From IMG/VR virus record IMGVR_UViG_3300046007_005671, positions 1 to 56,983 of that record: DNA of 56,983 nt; one strand, 5' to 3'. Position 1 is the stretch's first letter. Each line of letters begins with the position of its first letter. Of this stretch, positions 25,502-35,860 are shown in pieces. The translations under genes were made by a program, and so were the position numbers. The notes beneath the pieces are model-generated. The model saw only the letters and a program-made list of their open reading frames with translations, ran no database searches and was not told the DNA's origin. Source of the stretch: a virus (Duplodnaviria; Caudoviricetes).

Positions 25502-28500
25502 AATACACCTTTCAGATATGCCAAGGGCGATTTAGCCGCTGGGGGAATTGATTTAATGGAGCCGCCGCGTTTGTGCTTGCGGATTGCTTCCCGCATCGCA
25601 TCCAGCTTCTTGGCACCCTCTTTGTTCGAACCGTCGCCCAGTGCCGCCACAATATCCGCGTCGAACACGTATTCGCCGTCAGCGAGCTTCGCGGGGATGA
25701 GATCGTCCTGACCGCCGCCCGCGCCCTGTACGTAGTGTGAACCTTTGTGTGGTACATCGCCGCCCGACGCCGCCATTAGTGGAGAAGCCATTATTTTACC
25801 ACCGTCGGCATATTTCTGTACAGTCCCCCCATTCATGAACGGTTCGAGGACCTTGGAATAGGAGGGTTCAGTACCGTAGGCGTAATAATCGGCTCCGGGT
25901 TTCTCAGCCCCGTCTTCGATTCCGGAGGCTCGGCGTAGGGCCGAAAGTGCTTGTGCTTCTTGGAACATAGGGGTGTCTTGTGGAAGTAGTGCGCCGAGTC
26001 CGGCAAGTGGCGCGAGGTTGCGGAATCGACCACCGAGCCATGTCTCGGCGATGTCGCTGTCTTTGGCTTTGTACGTAGGTTCGCTGAACGATGGCCCAGC
26101 CATCATACCCGGCGTCTGTTTTTTGGGCGTAGCTAACTTAAGCTTGGCCGCTTCGATGCGTTTGTTAACCTCATCGGGCGTCAAGACTTCTCCAGTAGTG
26201 ACGTCGATTGCTGTACCATCCACCACCACTGTATTGCTATCGATGACTTTACCGGGACCGTCCACGCTAATAATTTCGCCTGTGTCCGTGTTTACGTTGA
26301 GCGTCGTAGTGAGATCAGTGTTCGTGCCCACCACGGTGTTAGTGGTGACGCCGGTAGTCGTGTTATTGGTCGAGGTCGTACCGACACCCGTGGCCGCGTT
26401 GTTGTTAGTCGTGGTCGTAATGCCGGTGGTGTTATTCGTGCTCACGGCAGTAGTTGTACCTGTCGTCGCGTTCGAAGTTGTAGTCGTCGTCGTACCAGTA
26501 TTAGCGTCCGAGGTAGTGCTGGAGGTCACACCCGTCGCCGCATTGGAGCTGGTCGTAGCCCCAGTCGCCGCATTGGTGCTCGTGGTCGTACCAGTAGTCG
26601 CTGTGGTGTTAGCACCAGTCGCTGTGGTTGCCCCCGTTCCAGCTGTGGTGTTAGCACCAGTCGCTGTGGTTGCCCCCGTTCCAGCTGTGGTGTTAGCACC
26701 AGTCGCTGTGGTTGCCCCCGTTCCAGCAGTCACATTAGACACGGCAGTAGTCGCGGCATTGGACGCAGTCGCAACGTCAGCTCCAGCGGCAACTGCGGCA
26801 TTTGTAGCAGTAGCGGCCACTACGTTTGCATTAGCACCAGTGGCATTTGCGGCGTCGACTACCGAGGTAATTGTGTTGTTAACGTCAGCACCGTTGTTTA
26901 TAGCTGTACCAACCGATGTGTCGACGGCTTGGGTCGTGTTACCGGTGGTGGTGAAGATCGATGCAAAATCCGTGGCGGCGGCTGTGTCGGCACCAGTCGC
27001 GGCAGAGCTGGCCGTGGCGGTCGTGTCAGCTCCCGCTGTTGCAGTGCCACTACCCGCGACATCAGTCGCAGTGGTTCCAGCGGTTCCAGCGGTCCCAGTC
27101 GCACCCGTGTCGGTGATTTTGGTAATTGTCTCTGGACGGAATGAGCCATCGGTGGACGTCAGGCCTTCAGACGCGAATGCTTGTTGAATATCTGAGGAGA
27201 CGCTCGAACCAGCGGTAAGTGATCCGGAGGTTTTAGAACCGATTGTACTACCCGCGATAGATTTGGACAAAGCGGTCGCTAGGTCATCACCAGTGGCAAG
27301 TGCGACTGCTAGTTCCTCAAATCCTTCTTCTGCCCATTCTTTGCCGACCGACGTGGTGGTCTTGCCAAAGACTTTTTCCATCGCCTTTTCATAACCTTTG
27401 ATAAGTGCCGCATCCGCGAGAGTTGCTGTTCCAGCGGTAATTGCGAACGCCTTCCATCCATCAGCGTTGGCCAGCCTTTCAGCCTCATCGACTGGTGTTC
27501 CCTTAGCGATCTCTTCGTTAAACTTTTGGCGGGATTGTGAACCCATGGATTCCGAAGCGTTCATTAGAACGTCAGTGGCGATACCTGCGCCTTTGCCAAG
27601 TATTTTGAACACCGCACCGCCGGTAACGATTGGGAGAACCTCTTGAAGGCCTTCTTTAGCGACTTGAGTTAGCACCAGTGGGTTGTTTAGCACAGACTTG
27701 ATCGCGGCGGCCGCTTTTCCAGCGTACGTATCCGCTCCTTGGATGTCGTTCCAGAAGTTCTCGGTAGCTTGAGTGACACCGGGTATTTCAAGATTTTGCC
27801 CAGTACCTTCGAGTGACTGGCCCAGTTGCACAAGCAAGTTATAACGCTCGGCCACTCCCATGTTGGCTAGTGCAGTACCAAGGTCAGCGATTTGTTCGCC
27901 ACCCGCTCCGATCAACGTTGAAAGTGTTTGACGAACCACATCACCTGATGTGCCTTCGAGCGTGTTCGCCCAATTCACCAAGTCGCTACCGGCCACGTCG
28001 AGATTCTGAGCCGCTGTAGGCACACCTCTATCGCCTACACCGGCGATGTCGATCATTGGAACCGTGCTACCCGGAGCGTATTTTAGCCCGCGTTCATCAT
28101 AGGCGAAGCCCTTGTCATCAACCCACCGGTCTTGATCATCCTTACCGACGATAGCGGGTGCTTTGTTTAAGATGTCTTGGATCGACGCGTTTTTGAGCTG
28201 ATCAACGGTCATCGAGTTGGCCGTATACGCTAACGCCGCCACTTCTTGGTCGGTGAGCTTATCGAAGGATTTTCCAGTCGTCTTTTCATAGGAGGTTACC
28301 AACCTATCGACTTCAGTGTTGCGAGACTGCTGATCAATCGCTTGATCAACACCTTCGAATTCACCCTGATCAAATGTGCCAGTCGTTCCGGCCGTGACGC
28401 CATCATTACCAGCACCGCCAGTCACCGTATTATTGGTAGTTTGGGTATTAGTGGTAGTGCTAACGCTTGTACCAGTATCAGTACCCGTGCCAGTCACAGA

Positions 28501-30114
28501 ATTCGCGGCGATGAGTGCCTCTTCATCAGTCGCACCAGCGGTTTTTGCGGCAACGAACGCCCCAGCACCATCAGTTACGCTATTCGTAATAGATTTTGCA
28601 ACGGTGGCATTCGACAAGTTATTGGCCGCATTGATGGTGTTGTTAAGTCCCGCCGCCGCGTTGATAATGGCGGCTCCGTTACCCGTGCCTAGTGCGTTAG
28701 TGAGGTTTAGTGCGGCTCCGGCGGTCTTGAGATCGGAGCTGTTGGTAAGTGTACCAAGTGATCCTAGCGCACCTGCATAATTACCAGCGTCAATATTCGC
28801 CACCACATTGTAAGCGTTCCCGGCATCAGCCAGCGAAATTGTGTCGGTGAGCATTGTACTGCCAGCTAATGCGCCCACCGTGGAATTTTGCAACAGCGAA
28901 GACGCCAGTGCGCCCAAGTTGCCTTGATCAATAGCGTTCGCGACGCGAAGGCCAGTAGCTACATCACTAAACCCGCCAACACCCGCAAGACTCGCAAGTC
29001 CACCGAGAACATCACCATTATCAATAGCAATCGCGGCATTAATCGCCTGTGCAAAAGGCGCGACTCCGGGTACGAAAGAGGCTATAGCCAACAATGGGGC
29101 AAAGTCGCCTATGTTACTGCTAGAAGCCCCGGTGGTGTAAAAAATCGGATTGCCCTTAGCGTCGAATGTAGTGCGAAACGCTGTATTACCCGAACCAGCG
29201 TAGGTACCCGACCAAGCGTCGCCCACACCACCACGTTCGCCGTAATCATTGATTAACGCCTTGCCAGTAGCTTTGTTACCAATGACTGTAGTCGTGCCGA
29301 TTGGTGCGACGTAGGCAGTCGAAGATGTTCCACTTTCGCCACCCTCGTATATCTGTTCGGCTTTAACCAACGCCGCATCGACTTCTTTACCATTTTGATC
29401 CACATACCCGACCAGCGTTGCGGTTTGAATGGGCTGGCCGTCTTGATCGACTTGGCCAGTGTAGGAATACTCGTATTGCGGCGTGACTGTTACATCGACT
29501 TTTTGCTCGACTTTACCGACTTGATTGATATCTGTTACGCCGTTCGCTACCAACTGCTCAGCCATAGCCCTAGCGTTAGCTTCAGCAGACCCGAATCCTT
29601 CACCAGTCCACCTAGAAGTGGTACCTTGGGCAAGGATTTGCTGAGTGACTTTATCGACTGCGGCATTGCTGATATTAAAACTCTGGCCAGCGAGTTCAAT
29701 GGTACTATTCGCCGCGTTGTTAGCGGCAATTTGATCAGCTTGCGCTTGTGCTTGACTGTCTAGAAAGGCATCTTCACCGGTGTAGGCTTGGGCTAATGCA
29801 CCAGTTCCAGCCGTGGTTGTGGTGTCTGCGGTAGCACCGGTAGTATTGGAAGTATCGGTAGTCGCTTGAGTCAGTGCACCAGTACCAGACGTAGTTGAAG
29901 TATCCGCCGTTACTGTGTAACCGTTTGCCGGAGCCGTGTAAATGCCGTAAGCACTCTGAATTGTAGGTGTGCCAATGCCGAGGTTGGTCAGGTAATCAAT
30001 CGCTACCTTTTGATTTGCGGCTGTATCTCCCCCTACGAGTCCGATAAATTCCTCGTACGCGTTTGCGATATCTTCAGCCGAGCTTGATGAGGAAAGTCGT
30101 TCGTAGAGTGGCAT
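25498..30114 (-). CDS. 1538-aa Thr/Ala/Gly-rich putative virion protein with C-terminal DDLIPA..GEYV domain
   Basis: Long ORF; low-complexity tract; YADGG...GQDDLIPAKLADGEYVF. Confidence 0.7.
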   Translation of the reverse strand: MPLYERLSSSSSAEDIANAYEEFIGLVGGDTAANQKVAIDYLTNLGIGTPTIQSAYGIYTAPANGYTVTADTSTTSGTGALTQATTDTSNTTGATADTTTTAGTGALAQAYTGEDAFLDSQAQAQADQIAANNAANSTIELAGQSFNISNAAVDKVTQQILAQGTTSRWTGEGFGSAEANARAMAEQLVANGVTDINQVGKVEQKVDVTVTPQYEYSYTGQVDQDGQPIQTATLVGYVDQNGKEVDAALVKAEQIYEGGESGTSSTAYVAPIGTTTVIGNKATGKALINDYGERGGVGDAWSGTYAGSGNTAFRTTFDAKGNPIFYTTGASSSNIGDFAPLLAIASFVPGVAPFAQAINAAIAIDNGDVLGGLASLAGVGGFSDVATGLRVANAIDQGNLGALASSLLQNSTVGALAGSTMLTDTISLADAGNAYNVVANIDAGNYAGALGSLGTLTNSSDLKTAGAALNLTNALGTGNGAAIINAAAGLNNTINAANNLSNATVAKSITNSVTDGAGAFVAAKTAGATDEEALIAANSVTGTGTDTGTSVSTTTNTQTTNNTVTGGAGNDGVTAGTTGTFDQGEFEGVDQAIDQQSRNTEVDRLVTSYEKTTGKSFDKLTDQEVAALAYTANSMTVDQLKNASIQDILNKAPAIVGKDDQDRWVDDKGFAYDERGLKYAPGSTVPMIDIAGVGDRGVPTAAQNLDVAGSDLVNWANTLEGTSGDVVRQTLSTLIGAGGEQIADLGTALANMGVAERYNLLVQLGQSLEGTGQNLEIPGVTQATENFWNDIQGADTYAGKAAAAIKSVLNNPLVLTQVAKEGLQEVLPIVTGGAVFKILGKGAGIATDVLMNASESMGSQSRQKFNEEIAKGTPVDEAERLANADGWKAFAITAGTATLADAALIKGYEKAMEKVFGKTTTSVGKEWAEEGFEELAVALATGDDLATALSKSIAGSTIGSKTSGSLTAGSSVSSDIQQAFASEGLTSTDGSFRPETITKITDTGATGTAGTAGTTATDVAGSGTATAGADTTATASSAATGADTAAATDFASIFTTTGNTTQAVDTSVGTAINNGADVNNTITSVVDAANATGANANVVAATATNAAVAAGADVATASNAATTAVSNVTAGTGATTATGANTTAGTGATTATGANTTAGTGATTATGANTTATTGTTTSTNAATGATTSSNAATGVTSSTTSDANTGTTTTTTSNATTGTTTAVSTNNTTGITTTTNNNAATGVGTTSTNNTTTGVTTNTVVGTNTDLTTTLNVNTDTGEIISVDGPGKVIDSNTVVVDGTAIDVTTGEVLTPDEVNKRIEAAKLKLATPKKQTPGMMAGPSFSEPTYKAKDSDIAETWLGGRFRNLAPLAGLGALLPQDTPMFQEAQALSALRRASGIEDGAEKPGADYYAYGTEPSYSKVLEPFMNGGTVQKYADGGKIMASPLMAASGGDVPHKGSHYVQGAGGGQDDLIPAKLADGEYVFDADIVAALGDGSNKEGAKKLDAMREAIRKHKRGGSIKSIPPAAKSPLAYLKGVL
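26600..26725. repeat. Perfect 42-bp tandem repeat x3 (GTGATTATGANTTA)
   Basis: gctgtggtgttagcaccagtcgctgtggttgcccccgttcca at 26600, 26642, 26684. Confidence 0.95.
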
Positions 30115-30115
30115 G

Positions 30116-30376
30116 TCAGTTCACCGCAGGGTTAACAGCATTGACGAGATGCTCGGCCCACACCTGCCAGTCGTCGTACTGGTAAGGTCCCGGAATGCCT
30201 TCATTTGTGAACACATCTATAGCCTTGAGTCCCGCACCCCAGTCTTGCCAGTCAGTGCTCGCATCAGGAATCGAGAGTTGTTGAGGAGCGTAAAGCTCGC
30301 ACATAAGACTCGCCCACGACTCGAAAGTGTGATAGCGAGGATCGTAGACTTGCGCGGGGTTAAGTATTTCAGCCAT
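30116..30376 (-). CDS. Hypothetical structural-region protein
   Basis: Tight packing between tail genes. Confidence 0.75.
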   Translation of the reverse strand: MAEILNPAQVYDPRYHTFESWASLMCELYAPQQLSIPDASTDWQDWGAGLKAIDVFTNEGIPGPYQYDDWQVWAEHLVNAVNPAVN

Positions 30377-32358
30377 CAGGGTCTCGAGTCGCCGAGATCG
30401 GCGTTTAGAATGACTTTACCAAGCTGGTAGTTGCCGCCCGCCACATTGGACACGAATTTCAAGCGCAATTCGCGGCGTTGCTCGAGCATATCAATTTTGC
30501 CAGTATTAGGACCGAATATGTAGGCCGCACTAGTAGTGTCAGTGGTTTGCGCGTACGGCCGTCCAGTGACGTACAGTTCCATGTCGCCGCTCTGCACGAA
30601 ATCGGGTTCGACACGCTCTAACGCCAGCAACCTGTTGTCGCCTACCGGAGCGGGTTGTGAAGGTCCACCAGCGACCCATCCAAGATCGTTAGTCTCGAAG
30701 AATGACTCAATAGCGATTGCGGTAGCACCCGACACCTTGTCCGTCCCGATTTCGTTCTGGTACAACGATACGAAGTTCATTAACGTGGCGACAGTCAGCA
30801 CGAACCCCGCACCCCCAGCTAGCGCGGCTGAAAGTGTGTTGCCGACTACGTAGTTAACGCCGTGGCCATTGATAACTACGGCAGTCACAATACCGCCAGC
30901 TACTGTAATGTTAGCTGTCGCTCCCGTCCCGGCCCCACCAGTAAGAGGTGTGTTATTAAAAGTGCCATTTGTATAGCCGGAACCCGCGTTGGTGATCGTG
31001 GCAGTTAGAATACCGCCGGATGAATTCACGTTCCATTCAGCGGCTATGGGGAAAGGGAAAATCTGCGAAAAGAATCCGGCAGATCTTTGTGCCCCAGTCG
31101 CTTCGCCCGCGTCGTACCAGCAGTTTTCGCGAACGTTATAGATCACCGCGTCTGTACACTCCGTAGCGTTGCCGCGTGGGTAGAACCACCAAATCTCGCC
31201 GAATCGCGGAACTTTAGTAACCCACACCTTCTCGCGGGCGTCGTAGTTCAAGTTATCAAAGAAGTAATTCTGGTTAAACGTGTTCGGGATCTCTTTAACG
31301 ACACCATTGTAGAGCAAGAACCGGTCAACGCCGCACCAATAGTACACGCCGTCGTACTCGATAACGGATTGTGAGGACAAGATCGAGGACTGGCTCGAAA
31401 TCAAATCGTATCGCCAAAACTGCGGAGGAGTGCCCACGCCACCTATGTAGGATACCCGTATGAGCGAGTCCAAGCTCCAAAAGAGGCCGGATGGGGCGTT
31501 CGATCCGCCGCGAACTGGGAGTCCCTGCACGATCTTGCCGGTGGCAACAGACACTTCGTTAGCGTCGGCCGATACCCAATCATTGGCATTACCAGCTGAT
31601 GAATTCCTAATCAATCCGTCATTACCGTACACGAACACGTAGGGGTGAAGTGTTACCACGCCGCCCGATACTGACACGTTGTTGTCAAATGTTAACGTAA
31701 TCGAGGACCCATTGGCCGTAGCTGGTGCAGATATGACTAATGCAGTCGTCGAAATTGATACGACAGTCGCGCCAGAGGGTATGCCAGTGCCGGACACTGA
31801 CTGCCCCGCGCCGATTAATACATTGGCCGTTGACAGCGTGATATTCGGCGATCCCGATGTTATCGTGGCCGCGACTTGCGTAAACACGCCGATCGGTGCC
31901 ATGCTAGTACCAGTTATGTTGCCACCAAGCACTGGTGTGTTAACGTTGTTATCGATAAGTGTAAGGTTCTGACCGGGGTGTGCAAGCAAGAGGTTATTAC
32001 CCGAGCCGCTCACGTCGTAAAATGCGTCAAATTGCCACAAATTGTTAGAATTCGCTGTGAACCCGGAGAGGGTCATGTCAGTGATTCCAGATCCGATGCC
32101 CGCGTTGCTGATTGGGAGCAACTGCAAGCCGCCCGAATAACCGCTGAACACGTTATTGAAATTCTGCTGTGGGTTCAGGTAGATGCCACGCGATGGCCCC
32201 GCCAAGTCGTTGACGATTTCGCGGAATCCGCCTATTTTACGCGGACGACCACGCTGGAAGCGAACCCAACGGCCGGAATTGTAGAACTGCTTGTCGAATA
32301 CTGTACCATCCCGCTGGACGCCGGGTTTGGTGTCGAGGGCGAAGACCTTTTTAGTCAT
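30376..32358 (-). CDS. Tail hub/nozzle (tail tubular B / stabilisation protein-like)
   Basis: WVRFQRGRPRKIGG N-terminus, GEIWWFYP, beta-propeller-like composition; position. Confidence 0.65.
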   Translation of the reverse strand: MTKKVFALDTKPGVQRDGTVFDKQFYNSGRWVRFQRGRPRKIGGFREIVNDLAGPSRGIYLNPQQNFNNVFSGYSGGLQLLPISNAGIGSGITDMTLSGFTANSNNLWQFDAFYDVSGSGNNLLLAHPGQNLTLIDNNVNTPVLGGNITGTSMAPIGVFTQVAATITSGSPNITLSTANVLIGAGQSVSGTGIPSGATVVSISTTALVISAPATANGSSITLTFDNNVSVSGGVVTLHPYVFVYGNDGLIRNSSAGNANDWVSADANEVSVATGKIVQGLPVRGGSNAPSGLFWSLDSLIRVSYIGGVGTPPQFWRYDLISSQSSILSSQSVIEYDGVYYWCGVDRFLLYNGVVKEIPNTFNQNYFFDNLNYDAREKVWVTKVPRFGEIWWFYPRGNATECTDAVIYNVRENCWYDAGEATGAQRSAGFFSQIFPFPIAAEWNVNSSGGILTATITNAGSGYTNGTFNNTPLTGGAGTGATANITVAGGIVTAVVINGHGVNYVVGNTLSAALAGGAGFVLTVATLMNFVSLYQNEIGTDKVSGATAIAIESFFETNDLGWVAGGPSQPAPVGDNRLLALERVEPDFVQSGDMELYVTGRPYAQTTDTTSAAYIFGPNTGKIDMLEQRRELRLKFVSNVAGGNYQLGKVILNADLGDSRP

Positions 32359-33572
32359 GGGAACGTACCTCCAGCGATTCCTACCGGAACCTTCATCCCA
32401 CTGCTAGAAATATCTACTGCGACCGCACCACCCACCGCGATTCCAAATTGGCCGACGCCGGGACGGTAGACACCAGTACTAGTGTCTGCCGCGAAGTTTA
32501 AGGATGGGGTGCCGACTGTCCCATCTACCAAGCTGACCACGGTAGCACCCGCTTGCGTGGTATTAGCATTTAAAAAGTTTACACCATCGCAAATCAGTGT
32601 CGCTTGCTGACCCGGCGGCACTACTGCAGTAAAGCCGAGGCCGGTCGTTACTGTGAATGTGAACCCACCGGCAGTGGTTTGATTAGAGATTACGTACAAG
32701 TTAACGACAGGTGGAAATGTTACCGTAACGTTACTAGTCAGCGTTCCGACGTATTCTTGAATGTTATTCGCCGCTTCATTGTTGGTGAGGAGCACCGAGC
32801 CACCAGTCACGTTTTTAGTCAAAGCAGTGAAAAAGAATTGTGAGCTAACGCCGTAGCCGACGGTCACGTAGGCCGTTCCCGTGCACACGATAAACGCAGA
32901 CTCTGTCGGGTTGAACGTTTTCGAGCTATTGCCGTCAATTAGTTCCGCGCCGGTACAGGAGATCGTGAAAGACCCAGTACCATTATTTTTGAAAAGTACG
33001 AACCAGTTATTACCTAGCGTCGCGGCGGCGGGGAGCGTCGCGGTTCCGGAGCCACTGCCGAAGACTCGAGTTTGCGCTCGATCCGTTGTAGCGAATGTGG
33101 TCCCAGTTGTAATGGCCGTGCTCGGATGACTTTGGTTTAGTGTAGCACCACTAGCAACCAGCCCAAATCCAGCGAGCGTTGCGGCGTCAGCTGAAGACGT
33201 CCCGGCACCGAAAGCGATTACGCCCCAAGTGCCTTGAGCGTTAGCATTAGTGGTGATGTATATATACTTCGATTCACCCGCCGCTACTGAGACAATGGTG
33301 TTTACTCCCGAGTAATCTTTAACGGTAAAAGTGTTCGCGCCGATATTGCGGATTAATGCGTCGTTGCCTACCGAGGTTTGGTTAGCTGGCGGCATGAACA
33401 GGTTTAAGCCTGCAGTGCTAGCCGTCACTTGCATAATCCGGGCGGCGTAGTCAGCGTTCGTAGTGCTGTTGGATGGCCAGTTTAGTTGAGTATTGGCCGT
33501 CAGAGTTACAGCGCGGAAGCTTACGTCCGTCGGCTGAATGACGTCACCAGTAAAGGGGCTGACGTAACTCAT
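32355..33572 (-). CDS. Tail structural protein
   Basis: Beta-rich, Thr/Gly-rich; C-terminal GGTF shared with 38903-41908. Confidence 0.6.
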   Translation of the reverse strand: MSYVSPFTGDVIQPTDVSFRAVTLTANTQLNWPSNSTTNADYAARIMQVTASTAGLNLFMPPANQTSVGNDALIRNIGANTFTVKDYSGVNTIVSVAAGESKYIYITTNANAQGTWGVIAFGAGTSSADAATLAGFGLVASGATLNQSHPSTAITTGTTFATTDRAQTRVFGSGSGTATLPAAATLGNNWFVLFKNNGTGSFTISCTGAELIDGNSSKTFNPTESAFIVCTGTAYVTVGYGVSSQFFFTALTKNVTGGSVLLTNNEAANNIQEYVGTLTSNVTVTFPPVVNLYVISNQTTAGGFTFTVTTGLGFTAVVPPGQQATLICDGVNFLNANTTQAGATVVSLVDGTVGTPSLNFAADTSTGVYRPGVGQFGIAVGGAVAVDISSSGMKVPVGIAGGTFP

Positions 33573-34204
33573 GCATCCACCGCAATTGCTTGACGGTCAG
33601 CGATACGGAGTTTATCCTCCTCGGCCAGCGTCCCCATAATAGCGTCGTACTGCGACTGCCACATTGGAATGCGCTCGTCGTTCTTGAGGAATGGCATCGC
33701 TTGCAGGAGCGAACCGTAAAGCAATGCCTGTGGAGCGTAGATCGTAAACCAGTTGGTTTGATTGCTCGAATCCAGCGGCTGGACTCGCTCGTAGTAAAGC
33801 ACCTCGAACGCATAGGCGGCGGCGGGTGTGGGGGCCACGAGCCAATTCGTGTAGTCGTAATCCGCGTAATACTCGGGGATTCCGGTGGCCGTGGGGTCCG
33901 GCGAATAATTACGGAGATACTCGTACTTGCGCAGAAGCACCGGCCGACGCTCACCCGCTACTGTAATATTCATTGATACCGTCTTGTGCCACCGGGAGGG
34001 CTTCGCAATCACCGCCGTACCAATCACCATGCTACTGGTGTTGACTGTCAGGTTACCGAGGAATTTAATCCGGGACGCAATCACCTGCTCGGCGAGCATG
34101 ATGAAGAGGGGAATCTTGTCGAGTGTAGCGGTGTCAGTACGGTTAAGATATGACTGAATGTTTTCAACAAGAGAGTCGTAGGTCATCACCGACGCGGCAG
34201 TCAT
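33569..34204 (-). CDS. Head-tail adaptor-like protein
   Basis: TYDSL...IPLFI..AE, P.YYA, APTP, LLYGSL..A pattern. Confidence 0.65.
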   Translation of the reverse strand: MTAASVMTYDSLVENIQSYLNRTDTATLDKIPLFIMLAEQVIASRIKFLGNLTVNTSSMVIGTAVIAKPSRWHKTVSMNITVAGERRPVLLRKYEYLRNYSPDPTATGIPEYYADYDYTNWLVAPTPAAAYAFEVLYYERVQPLDSSNQTNWFTIYAPQALLYGSLLQAMPFLKNDERIPMWQSQYDAIMGTLAEEDKLRIADRQAIAVDA

Positions 34205-34239
34205 AGAAGTCCTTCACACGAATGGCTACGTTGGACGAA

Positions 34240-34268
34240 ATTATACCACGCCTTTAGCATTTGGTCAA
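34240..34268 (-). promoter_or_regulatory. Internal promoter TTGACC-17-TATAAT for distal tail/ejection genes
   Basis: Near-consensus with TG; -35 overlaps lysozyme stop codon. Confidence 0.7.
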
Positions 34269-34708
34269 TCCAGCAAAGCACACTCAGAGGTGCGCCTCTT
34301 GAGTAGCCCCGGCAACACCTTGCCGCCGCCTCGGGTCCATAGCATCAACTGCTCTTTCGCACCTTCCCAGTCTCCGGCGTTAACCTTGCGCTTGAGCGTC
34401 GAGGTCTGGAGTCGCCCGACACCGAGGTTGTAAGCGAAGTCAACGATCGCATTGCACTTCCGGACGTCCGTAATCAACCCCGGGCAGTTTCGGAGAACCC
34501 CGGGAAGGTAGGTGTGCTCAAGCTCGATCATCAGTAGCTCTCGTGCCGTAGGTTCGTCCATCGGGGGATCCTCGAGAGTCACCTTTCGCTTGTCGGCGTA
34601 GTAAGTGCTTCCGTACCCGATCGTGGCTACGTTAGCTGGGCAGAGGTAGGGCTTGGCTCGATACCCCTCGTACCGGCGGCAGAGTTCGGCGGCAAGCTCC
34701 AGATTCAT
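34265..34708 (-). CDS. GH24 lysozyme (endolysin)
   Basis: EG...Y.CPA...TIGYG, FAYNLG, W...GG..LPGL..RR..E. Confidence 0.92.
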   Translation of the reverse strand: MNLELAAELCRRYEGYRAKPYLCPANVATIGYGSTYYADKRKVTLEDPPMDEPTARELLMIELEHTYLPGVLRNCPGLITDVRKCNAIVDFAYNLGVGRLQTSTLKRKVNAGDWEGAKEQLMLWTRGGGKVLPGLLKRRTSECALLD

Positions 34709-35199
34709 ATGCCACGTTGCTTCAGAGTACGGTCAAGGAACCAGTAGTTAATGGTGCCGGACAGCAAAGCGGAGAAGTCGGGGGTCATCATAGTCTTAAA
34801 CACTTCGACGGCGGGTGCTCCGGCGAGCCAAGCGTTCCAAGCGAACCAGATGTGGATGAAGGACCAGACGAACAGTATCCAGTAGGTCACTAGGGGTCGG
34901 ACGGATGCCGAAAGCCCTGCCACCCAACCACCAGCGGCTTTAACCATCTCGGCTTGCTGGATGATTGCATTGTTAAAAGCATCCATCACCCCGACGTCCA
35001 CTGCCGCTTCGCGCTGTGCTCCGATCTCGGCGAGCTTTTGCTGACCCCGGAGCTGTTCCAGCTCGCACTGACGGGCGAACATGTTTAGTTCGTGCATCCG
35101 TTCATTCTTTTTGTCGAAGAACTTCAGCACTTCGGGGGCCAAGCGGAACACGCCGCCGAAGATGGAGCCGAGTAAGCCCCCAGATAATATATCAAGCAT
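34705..35199 (-). CDS. Putative holin-like membrane protein
   Basis: Hydrophobic segments, SVRP motif, YWF..R; adjacent to endolysin. Confidence 0.5.
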   Translation of the reverse strand: MLDILSGGLLGSIFGGVFRLAPEVLKFFDKKNERMHELNMFARQCELEQLRGQQKLAEIGAQREAAVDVGVMDAFNNAIIQQAEMVKAAGGWVAGLSASVRPLVTYWILFVWSFIHIWFAWNAWLAGAPAVEVFKTMMTPDFSALLSGTINYWFLDRTLKQRGI

Positions 35200-35665
35200 T
35201 GGATTCCTTTATCGTAAACATCAGGTTTTTATGCGCAGGGTAATTGACAATTACTTCACCCTCAGGGCACTTGTACTTAATGTGAGCCATCAGAGTGGCA
35301 ACGCCGGGAGTCACTTGAGCAGTGGTGTCAAGCTTGAACTTGTATCCGAACTTGTCCACTGTGTCGCTGGCTGGACCTGAAAACGTCGCGATACTGGGCT
35401 TTGCTGGGTGTACGACCAATTCAGAATCCCGCACCTCCAGCTTGAACGCCGTAACTTCGCAGTTGTCCCTAATCTTCTGACGAGCTACTACGACCTTAAA
35501 CTCACCATTGGCGGGTGCATCGGATATTTGAAAGTGTTCCGGTGCCCACTTGAGAATATCTTTGTGAAATACGCCGAACTTGTCAGCTAACGTGTACCCA
35601 CCACCAATCATTGCAGTAGACGCGGTCACCGCGCCAATTACTTTGGTGTAATACTCGAGTTCCAC
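35192..35665 (-). CDS. Hypothetical protein with N-terminal hydrophobic segment
   Basis: GTG start; lysis cassette position. Confidence 0.6.
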   Translation of the reverse strand: MELEYYTKVIGAVTASTAMIGGGYTLADKFGVFHKDILKWAPEHFQISDAPANGEFKVVVARQKIRDNCEVTAFKLEVRDSELVVHPAKPSIATFSGPASDTVDKFGYKFKLDTTAQVTPGVATLMAHIKYKCPEGEVIVNYPAHKNLMFTIKESNA

Positions 35666-35860
35666 TTAGATCCCCAGTAACTTCTTCACGAATTCGGCGG
35701 CAACGCCCGGTCCGAGAAGCACTGCGGCAATAGTGATGTAGAGCAATATCTCGATTGTCTTCATCCGCTTCTTGCCGCTATCGAGCGATTCGTTGATTCG
35801 CTCGTAACGCTGTGCACAAATCGCTTCGTGCACCGACAATTTAGTCTCCATTGATTCCAT
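35666..35860 (-). CDS. Small coiled-coil plus TM protein (possible holin/antiholin)
   Basis: HEAICAQRY...C-terminal hydrophobic helix. Confidence 0.65.
   Translation of the reverse strand: MESMETKLSVHEAICAQRYERINESLDSGKKRMKTIEILLYITIAAVLLGPGVAAEFVKKLLGI

Noticed and set aside
25973-27187. Long plus-strand ORF (404 aa, Val/Ala-rich) and other plus-strand ORFs
   Set aside because: Antisense shadows of Thr/Ala-rich or GC-rich minus-strand genes; no RBS or promoter support and no recognisable motifs
25498-30114. Classical tape measure protein implying a siphovirus
   Set aside because: No tail tube, tail assembly chaperone frameshift pair or baseplate genes recognised; the surrounding genes look podovirus-like
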